Below the pieces are notes generated by a model that saw only the letters and a program-made list of their open reading frames with translations, was not told where the DNA came from and made no database searches. Positions 25,705 to 32,000 of a stretch of 32,000 nucleotides of DNA are shown here, piece by piece. The stretch is taken from NCBI RefSeq assembly GCF_001457595.1, contig NZ_LN831039.1, positions 3,120,001 through 3,152,000 on the forward strand. The letters run 5' to 3'. A program made the position numbers and the translations under genes. Position 1 is the stretch's first letter; every line of letters begins with the position of its first letter. Origin of the DNA: Mycolicibacterium smegmatis (GTDB lineage Bacteria; Actinomycetota; Actinomycetes; Mycobacteriales; Mycobacteriaceae).

Positions 25705-25778
25705 CTGAGTCTCACCGCTGAGTATTATTATCTGTACTCAGATGTATCACACCTGGGTATAGTGATAACAACTCAGCG
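25705..25778. promoter_or_regulatory. Nested inverted repeats of CTGAGT/ACTCAG in the thiolase / hxlR divergent region, with a TATAGT -10 candidate
   Basis: CTGAGT at 25705-25710 and 25718-25723. ACTCAG at 25736-25741 and 25771-25776. Inner perfect inverted repeat: CTGAGTA N10 TACTCAG (25718-25741). Outer inverted repeat: CGCTGAGT (25716-25723) with ACTCAGCG (25771-25778). TATAGT is at 25758-25763. Confidence 0.5.
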
Positions 25779-25792
25779 ATGGGAATGATTCC

Positions 25793-26263
25793 GTGGCAAT
25801 GCTGCAGGGTGCGCTCGCCGATCGTGACGCCTGGTCGCCGGTGGGGCGGTGCCCGATCGAGAAGGCGATGGGTCTGGTCGGCACCAAATCCGCGATGCTG
25901 ATCATGCGGGAGGCGTACTACGGCACCACACGCTTCGAGGACTTCTGGCGTCGCGTCGGCGTGACCAAGGCCGCGGCCTCGGCGCGGCTGTCCGACCTTG
26001 TCGAAGCCGGTCTGCTGGAGCGCAGGCCCTACCAGGAGCCCGGTCAGCGCGTGCGCGACGAGTACGTGCTCACCGATGCGGGCCGCGATTTCATGCCCGT
26101 GGTGTGGGCACTGTTCGAATGGGGCCGCAGGCACATCCCGAACGACTCCCCACTGCGACTCGCGCACGACGGGTGCGGCGCGTACGCGACGGTCGAGGTG
26201 CGGTGCGACGACGGCCACGTGGTGCCGCCCGACGAACTCGTCATCCGGGTGGCCCGGGCCTGA
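25793..26263 (+). CDS. HxlR-family winged-helix transcriptional regulator
   Basis: CPIEKAMGLVGTKSAMLIMREAYYGTTRFEDF matches the HxlR-type HTH. Start is GTG 25793 or ATG 25799. Confidence 0.85.
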   Translation: MAMLQGALADRDAWSPVGRCPIEKAMGLVGTKSAMLIMREAYYGTTRFEDFWRRVGVTKAAASARLSDLVEAGLLERRPYQEPGQRVRDEYVLTDAGRDFMPVVWALFEWGRRHIPNDSPLRLAHDGCGAYATVEVRCDDGHVVPPDELVIRVARA

Positions 26264-26307
26264 GAGGTGAGGGTTCAGCCCGATAGGGGCGTCGACCGTG
26301 CGCTGAG

Positions 26308-26333
26308 GGCGGGATTCGGCGCGGATTCCCGCC
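26308..26333. terminator. Weak GC hairpin between the convergent hxlR and yjbR-like genes
   Basis: GGCGGGA (26308-26314) pairs with TCCCGCC (26327-26333), with a 12-nt loop. Confidence 0.2.
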
Positions 26334-26372
26334 ACCGGCGCACGCTCGACGAAGAGTTCGGCCCCACTGAAC

Positions 26373-26753
26373 TCACTGAACGTCGGCCAGGAACTTCTCC
26401 ACGAGCGTCGCAGGTGCCTGCGTCAGCCACGCCTCGGTGACCAACTCCTCGAGTTCGTCGGGTTCGATCGCCGCCAGGCGGATCAGCACGATGGGATACC
26501 CGTCGAAGTGCGGTGTGGTGAAGTAGACAGCCGGATCATCGGCGACCAACGCGAGTTTCACACCCTCGTCGGAGACCCGGACGCCGAGGATGTCGCCGGT
26601 CGGCGCATCGGCGCCCAGCGCCGCGAGGTCAGCCTTGCGCAGCGGACGCTCCCATGCGATCCGCTTCTTGCGGACGCGCCACGTCCGCGGCGTCTGTTCG
26701 TCGGTCTCGGGCAGCGCCGCCGCGATACGAGCCACGTCGTACCAGTCGGCCAC
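26373..26753 (-). CDS. MmcQ/YjbR-family small protein
   Basis: 126 aa. The pattern WRVRKKRIAWERP ... YFTTPHFDGYPIVLIRL resembles YjbR-like proteins, judged by recollection rather than a search. GTG start at 26751-26753. Confidence 0.55.
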   Translation of the reverse strand: MADWYDVARIAAALPETDEQTPRTWRVRKKRIAWERPLRKADLAALGADAPTGDILGVRVSDEGVKLALVADDPAVYFTTPHFDGYPIVLIRLAAIEPDELEELVTEAWLTQAPATLVEKFLADVQ

Positions 26754-26796
26754 GTAGTCACGCTACCGCCGCGACGGCCCGGTTCCTATAGACCGA

Positions 26797-27543
26797 TCAG
26801 AGATGACTCACACCGAGACCCACGAAGAACACGCCGACCGCGCCGGCGATCACGGTGATCACGAGCCGCTGGTGGGTCTTCATGGCCGCGTACGTGCGCT
26901 CCACCGCGGCGCGGGTGGCCACCGGAGCGACCCAGAAACTGATGATCGGGATCAGCGCCGCGGCGAACCCGACGACGTTGAACATCACCAGCGCCGCCAT
27001 CTGCTCGCCGACCGCGGCGCCCGAGGTCAGCACCGCGGCCATCGCGGCCAGATAGTACGGCGTCGGAAAACCGTTGCTGAGCCCCAGAAGGGCTGCGGCC
27101 CAGGCAGCCTCGCCGCGCAACGCGGCTTTGACGCTCTCCGGCAGCTTCGACACGATCGGCAGTGAATCAAGCGGCGGTGGCGCCGGTCCCTCGCCCGGTT
27201 CGGCCCGGTCGGACCCGGCCGCCGGAACCGTGGCACGCCTGTGGCGGAACCGGTCGACGACGCGGGACGCGGTACCGGTGGCCACGAGAGCCGCGAGCAG
27301 CAGGGCGGCCACCCCGATCCCGATCTCGGCGGCCGGCGCGATGGCCTGGCCGCCGTCACCGGAGGTGTTCTTGAAGACGAACACCACGGCCGCGCCCACC
27401 GCGACGTTGAGACCGAACGCGACGGCGAAGAAGGGGAGCAGCAACCGCATGGGATGGCGCCGGGACAGCATGTAGGCCACCACACCGATACGCAGGGGGT
27501 CGACTCCGGCAACGACGGCCATCACCAGCACCGTGCTCCACAT
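26797..27543 (-). CDS. GAP/Sap-family (LysE-fold-like) integral membrane protein
   Basis: Six predicted hydrophobic segments split by a Pro/Gly-rich cytoplasmic loop (AGSDRAEPGEGPAPPPLD). The N-terminal VAGVDPLRIGVVAYML is typical of the GAP family. Confidence 0.6.
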   Translation of the reverse strand: MWSTVLVMAVVAGVDPLRIGVVAYMLSRRHPMRLLLPFFAVAFGLNVAVGAAVVFVFKNTSGDGGQAIAPAAEIGIGVAALLLAALVATGTASRVVDRFRHRRATVPAAGSDRAEPGEGPAPPPLDSLPIVSKLPESVKAALRGEAAWAAALLGLSNGFPTPYYLAAMAAVLTSGAAVGEQMAALVMFNVVGFAAALIPIISFWVAPVATRAAVERTYAAMKTHQRLVITVIAGAVGVFFVGLGVSHL

Positions 27544-27697
27544 CCGAAGTTGCCCGTCCCTTCACCGGTTGGCTCACCGCCGCCTTCGACGCTGCGGTGC
27601 CGCTCCCACCGTACGGGCCAACCAGCCGAATTCCCCGCGAGCGGGTGAGGATGTCGCGTGCGATGCGCGCACCTGAACCTTGTGATGGGATTTGCGG

Positions 27698-30600
27698 ATG
27701 GGTATCAAAGTGGCGCTGGAGCACCGCACCAGCTACACGTTCGACCGGCTCGTCGAGATCCATCCGCATGTCGTGCGGCTGCGTCCGGCGCCGCACTGCC
27801 GCACGCCCATCGATGCGTATTCGCTCACGGTCGAACCGGCCGATCACTTCATCAACTGGCAGCAGGATGCGTTCGGAAACCATATGGCGCGCTTGGTGTT
27901 CCCCAATCGGGCGCGCGAACTCACCGTGACCGTCGGTCTGATCGCCGACCTCAAGGTGATCAACCCGTTCGACTTCTTCATCGAGGACTACGCCGAGACG
28001 GTCCCGTTCGAGTACCCCCGTGCACTGCGCGAAGATCTCAAGCCCTATCTGCGCCCGGTCGACGAGGGCGCCGAGGGCTCGGGTCCGGGTGAACTGTGCG
28101 CCGCCTGGGTGAGCAATTTCACGATGCCGCCGGGGACCGCGACGATCCAGTTCCTGGTGGCGCTCAACCAGGCCGTCAACGCCGATGTCGGCTACAGCGT
28201 CCGCATGGAGGCGGGCGTGCAGACGCCCGACCACACGTTGCGCACGGGCATCGGATCATGCCGTGACTCGGCCTGGCTGCTGGTGTCCATCCTGCGGCAA
28301 CTCGGGTTCGCGGCGCGGTTCGTCTCGGGATACCTCGTCCAGCTCACCTCCGACGTGGAAGCGCTCGACGGACCGTCGGGACCCGCGGCCGACTTCACCG
28401 ACCTGCACGCCTGGACCGAGGTCTACATACCCGGCGCCGGGTGGATCGGCCTCGACCCCACCTCGGGACTGTTCGCCGGGGAGGGACACATCCCGCTGTC
28501 GGCGACGCCGCATCCGGAGTCGGCCGCGCCGGTCACCGGCGCGACCGGGGTCTGTGAGGCCTCCCTGGAGTTCTCCAACGTGGTCACCCGCGTACACGAG
28601 GACCCGCGGGTGACGCTGCCGTACACCGACGCCGCGTGGGCATCGATCGTGGACCTCGGCGGCCGCGTCGACAGGCGTCTGGCCGACGCCGACGTGCGCC
28701 TCACGATGGGCGGCGAACCGACGTTCGTCTCGATCGACAACCAGGTCGACCCCGAGTGGACCACCGACGCCGACGGACCGCACAAGCGCGAACGCGCCTC
28801 GGCGCTGGCCGCCCGGCTCAAGAACGTCTGGGCGCCAGGCGGACTCGTACAACGCAGCCAGGGCAAGTGGTATCCCGGTGAACCCCTGCCGCGGTGGCAG
28901 ATCGCGCTGTACTGGCGCACCGACGGCCTGCCGCTGTGGACCGACGCGGAACTGCTGGCCGATCCGTGGTCCGGCAAGACCCGCGAGGTCGCCCCCGATG
29001 CGGCCGAGCGTCTGCTGTCGGAGATCGCGGCCGGCCTCGGCCTGCCGGGCACCCAGGTGCGGCCGGCGTTCGAGGATCCGCTGAGCCGGCTGGCGGCCGC
29101 CGTGCGACTGCCTGCCGGTGACCCGGTGGGCGCCGACGAGGATCTGGCCGAGGACGGCGCCGACGCCAGGGCGGAGCTGCTGGCGCGCCTCGAGTCGCCG
29201 GTCGACGCGCCTGCCGCGCACGTACTTCCGCTGCACCGCGCCGACGACGGAACGGGCTGGGCGAGCGCGGACTGGCGGCTGCGGCGCGGCCGCATCGTAT
29301 TGCTCGACGGGGATTCGCCCGCAGGGCTTCGTCTGCCGCTGAACTCGATCAGCTGGCAGCCGCCGCGGCCGTCGTTCGAGGCCGACCCGCTGGCGGTGGA
29401 CACAGACACCGAACCGGCGCCCGGACGACGGACCGCGACCGTCGTCGACGCCGACGGTGCCCCCACCACCGCGCTGGTCGCCGAGATCCGCGACGGGCTG
29501 CTCTACGTCTTCCTGCCGCCCACCGCGGAGCTCGACGACTTCCTCGACCTCGTCGCGCGCGTCGAGGCCGCCGCGGCCGCCGTCGGTGTGCCCGTCGTCG
29601 TCGAGGGATACGGCCCGCCCACCGACCCACGGATCACCTCGACGACCATCACGCCCGACCCGGGCGTCATCGAGGTCAACGTGGCCCCCACGGCGAGCTT
29701 CGGCGAGCAGAACAAGCAGTTGGAGACCCTCTACGAGCAGGCCCGCCTGGCGCGGCTGTCCACCGAGTCGTTCGACGTCGACGGCACCCACAGCGGGACC
29801 GGCGGTGGCAACCACATCACGCTGGGCGGCATCACCCCGGCCGACTCACCGCTGTTGCGGCGCCCCGACCTGTTGGTCTCACTGCTGACCTACTGGCAGC
29901 GCCACCCCGCGCTGTCGTATCTGTTCGCGGGACGGTTCATCGGAACCACATCGCAGGCACCGCGCGTGGACGAGGGGCGCGCCGAGGCGCTCTACGAACT
30001 GGAGATCGCGTTCGCCGAGATCGCCCGACTCACCGCTACCGACGCCCCACAGCCGTGGGTCCTCGACCGCGCGCTGCGCCATCTGCTGACCGACATCACC
30101 GGCAACACCCACCGCGCGGAGTTCTGCATCGACAAGCTCTACAGTCCCGACGGCGCCCGCGGCCGCCTCGGCCTGCTGGAGCTGCGCGGCTTCGAGATGC
30201 CGCCGCACCACCAGATGGCGATGGTGCAGGCGCTGCTCGTCCGGTCGCTGGTGGCGTGGTTCTGGGACGAACCGCTGCGCGCCCCGCTGATCCGGCACGG
30301 GGCCAACCTGCACGGCCGATACCTGCTGCCGCACTTTCTGATTCGCGACATCGCCGACGTCGCGGCGGACCTGCGTGCGCACGGCATCGACTTCTTGACC
30401 AGCTGGCTCGACCCCTTCACCGAGTTTCGTTTCCCGCGGATCGGGACCGCGGTGTTCGACGGTGTCGAACTCGAACTGCGCGGCGCGATCGAACCGTGGA
30501 ACGTGCTGGGGGAGGAGTCGACGGCCGGCGGCACCGCGCGTTACGTCGACTCGTCGGTCGAGCGCATCCAGGTGCGCCTCGTGGGCGCCGATCGGGACCG

Positions 30601-31006
30601 CTACGTCGTGACGGCCAACGGCCATCCGATCCCGCTGCTTGCCACCGAGAAATCCGACGTGCAGGTGGGTGGCGTGCGGTACCGCGCGTGGCAGCCGCCC
30701 AGCGCTCTGCACCCGTCGATCACCGTCGACGGCCCGCTGCGGTTCGAGCTGATCGACACGGCAACCGGCACGTCAAAGGGCGGCTGCACGTACCACATCG
30801 TGCATCCGGGCGGCCGGTCCTACGACACCTCGCCGGTCAACGCGGTCGAGGCGGAATCGCGGCGCGGCCGCCGCTTCGAGGTCATCGGTTTCACGCCAGG
30901 AAAAGTGGACATGTCCGTCATTCGGGAGCGGCAGGCGCGCCAGTCCACCGATGTGGGTGCACCGGGGATTCTCGATCTGCGCCGGGTGCGTACCGTTCTT
31001 CGTTGA
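27698..31006 (+). CDS. Large transglutaminase-fold thiol peptidase/transferase with a C-terminal DUF2126 region (Rv2566-like)
   Basis: Bact_transglu_N-type start: MGIKVALEHRTSYTFDRLVEIHPHVVRLRPAP. Cys-His-Asp triad context: GIGSCRDSAWL (Cys codon 28259-28261), DLHAWTEVYIPG, GWIGLDPTSG. A roughly 750-aa extension follows. ATG 27698 is preferred over TTG 27692. Confidence 0.9.
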   Translation: MGIKVALEHRTSYTFDRLVEIHPHVVRLRPAPHCRTPIDAYSLTVEPADHFINWQQDAFGNHMARLVFPNRARELTVTVGLIADLKVINPFDFFIEDYAETVPFEYPRALREDLKPYLRPVDEGAEGSGPGELCAAWVSNFTMPPGTATIQFLVALNQAVNADVGYSVRMEAGVQTPDHTLRTGIGSCRDSAWLLVSILRQLGFAARFVSGYLVQLTSDVEALDGPSGPAADFTDLHAWTEVYIPGAGWIGLDPTSGLFAGEGHIPLSATPHPESAAPVTGATGVCEASLEFSNVVTRVHEDPRVTLPYTDAAWASIVDLGGRVDRRLADADVRLTMGGEPTFVSIDNQVDPEWTTDADGPHKRERASALAARLKNVWAPGGLVQRSQGKWYPGEPLPRWQIALYWRTDGLPLWTDAELLADPWSGKTREVAPDAAERLLSEIAAGLGLPGTQVRPAFEDPLSRLAAAVRLPAGDPVGADEDLAEDGADARAELLARLESPVDAPAAHVLPLHRADDGTGWASADWRLRRGRIVLLDGDSPAGLRLPLNSISWQPPRPSFEADPLAVDTDTEPAPGRRTATVVDADGAPTTALVAEIRDGLLYVFLPPTAELDDFLDLVARVEAAAAAVGVPVVVEGYGPPTDPRITSTTITPDPGVIEVNVAPTASFGEQNKQLETLYEQARLARLSTESFDVDGTHSGTGGGNHITLGGITPADSPLLRRPDLLVSLLTYWQRHPALSYLFAGRFIGTTSQAPRVDEGRAEALYELEIAFAEIARLTATDAPQPWVLDRALRHLLTDITGNTHRAEFCIDKLYSPDGARGRLGLLELRGFEMPPHHQMAMVQALLVRSLVAWFWDEPLRAPLIRHGANLHGRYLLPHFLIRDIADVAADLRAHGIDFLTSWLDPFTEFRFPRIGTAVFDGVELELRGAIEPWNVLGEESTAGGTARYVDSSVERIQVRLVGADRDRYVVTANGHPIPLLATEKSDVQVGGVRYRAWQPPSALHPSITVDGPLRFELIDTATGTSKGGCTYHIVHPGGRSYDTSPVNAVEAESRRGRRFEVIGFTPGKVDMSVIRERQARQSTDVGAPGILDLRRVRTVLR

Positions 31007-32000
31007 TGGTTCTACGCGCGAACGGCTCCCAGCCCACCTCGACCGCCGGCGCCGCCGGCGATCTCGGTGCGGGCTCCGACGTCTCAGGCGCCCCCGGTAT
31101 CCGGGATGTCGACGGAGTGCTCGAGAAGTACCGCCGCACCCGCCTGCAGCGGGCGCTGTTCGACGTGCGGGGTTCACAGGCCGGCACGGCCTACGACGAG
31201 TTCGTCGACACGGCGGGCGAGGTCCGCCCCGCATGGCGTGAGCTGGCCGAGTGTGTCTCCGAGCGCGGACGTTCCGGCCTCGACCGCCTGCGCGAACAGG
31301 TCAACGCCCTGGTCGACGCCGACGGCATCACCTACATCCAGGTCGACCGCCACGGTGAGATCGTCATCGACCGCGAGGGCGCCGCGATGCCGGGACCTTG
31401 GCATCTCGACGCGCTGCCGATGGTGATCTCCGCCGAAGAATGGGACGTGCTGGAGGCCGGCCTGGTGCAGCGTTCACGTCTGCTCGACGCAGTGCTGGCC
31501 GATCTGTACGGCGAGCGCCGCTCGATCACCAGTGGCGTGCTCCCGGCGCAGTTGCTGTTCTCCCATCCCGGCTATCTGCGGGCCGCCCACGGCATCACGG
31601 TGCCGGGTCGTCACCAATTGTTCCTGCACGGGTGTGACATCAGCCGCGGCGACGACGGCGCGTTCGTGGTCAACGCCGACTGGACCCAGGCCCCTTCCGG
31701 CGCCGGTTACGCACTGGCCGACCGGCGCGTCATCGCCCATGCGGTCTCGGAACTGTACGAGCGCATCGCGCCGCGGCCGGTGTCGCCATGGGCGCAGGCC
31801 CTACGCCTGGCCCTGATCGACGTCGCACCCGAATCCGCCGAGGAACCGGTGGTCGTGGTGCTGAGCCCCGGCATCCACTCGGAGACCGCGTTCGACCAGG
31901 CCTATCTGGCGGGCGTGCTCGGCTTCCCGCTGGTGGAGAGCGCCGATCTGGTGGTCCGCGACGGCAAGCTGTGGATGCGGTCGCTGGGCACCCTCAAACG
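31006..32000 (+). CDS. Circularly permuted type-2 ATP-grasp protein (Rv2567-like), 5' part only, continues past the window
   Basis: This frame is not in the ORF track because it has no stop before 32000. My own translation from ATG 31006 gives MVLRANGS...YDEFVDTAGEVRPAWRELAE...GPWHLDALPMVISAEEWDVLEAGLVQRSRLLDAVLADLYGE...NADWTQAPSGAGYALADRR...LGFPLVESADLVVRDGKLWMRSLGTLK. The start overlaps the preceding stop as TGATG (31004-31008). Confidence 0.85.
   Translation, partial: MVLRANGSQPTSTAGAAGDLGAGSDVSGAPGIRDVDGVLEKYRRTRLQRALFDVRGSQAGTAYDEFVDTAGEVRPAWRELAECVSERGRSGLDRLREQVNALVDADGITYIQVDRHGEIVIDREGAAMPGPWHLDALPMVISAEEWDVLEAGLVQRSRLLDAVLADLYGERRSITSGVLPAQLLFSHPGYLRAAHGITVPGRHQLFLHGCDISRGDDGAFVVNADWTQAPSGAGYALADRRVIAHAVSELYERIAPRPVSPWAQALRLALIDVAPESAEEPVVVVLSPGIHSETAFDQAYLAGVLGFPLVESADLVVRDGKLWMRSLGTLK

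Noticed and set aside
30951-31816. Four short track ORFs (30951-31241, 31067-31426, 31398-31637, 31532-31816) downstream of the transglutaminase gene.
   Set aside because: They are off-frame fragments. The frame opening at ATG 31006 has no stop up to 32000 and translates to a recognisable circularly permuted ATP-grasp protein.

Overview
Very GC-rich actinobacterial chromosomal DNA, Mycobacterium/Mycolicibacterium-like by protein content and codon bias. It is almost entirely coding. I support 28 protein-coding genes (two partial at the window edges). I saw no rRNA, tRNA, CRISPR array, transposase or integrase, and the intergenic gaps are too short to hide one. Housekeeping anchor: aspS at 13053-14849.

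Gene content, left to right:
- An MFS efflux gene with an AT-rich operator/promoter.
- A TetR-controlled locus. On one side is an amidohydrolase plus an overlapping pair of acyl-CoA dehydrogenases. On the other is an overlapping luciferase-like (F420-type) oxidoreductase plus a TesB-like thioesterase.
- A YpfJ-zincin / DUF885 / DinB gene string.
- A type-B carboxylesterase, an SRPBCC protein, aspS and a Ddn-family F420H2 enzyme.
- A translationally coupled aldehyde dehydrogenase / Fe-alcohol dehydrogenase / 3-hydroxyacyl-CoA-dehydrogenase-like operon. It is divergent from a GAF-AAA+-Fis regulator whose sigma-54 contact loop is missing.
- An SDR / esterase / Baeyer-Villiger monooxygenase ketone module, then a thiolase.
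- An HxlR regulator, a YjbR-like protein and a GAP/Sap-type membrane protein.
- At the right edge, a 1102-aa transglutaminase-fold protein with a DUF2126 extension, coupled by a TGATG overlap to a circularly permuted ATP-grasp protein that runs off the window.

That last pair is the best candidate for a biochemically undescribed system. It has been predicted by comparative genomics only, as far as I know.

Other signals worth follow-up:
- An identical 12-mer (AATGACGTTACC) in both promoter regions flanking the TetR gene.
- A cluster of four CTGAGT/ACTCAG copies forming nested inverted repeats between the thiolase and HxlR genes.
- An 11-bp perfect inverted repeat abutting the SRPBCC start codon.
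- A 19/20-bp hairpin between the convergent BVMO and thiolase genes.

Many long ORFs in the supplied track are mirror-frame artefacts of high GC and are rejected. All family assignments come from reading motifs by eye. No database search was run.
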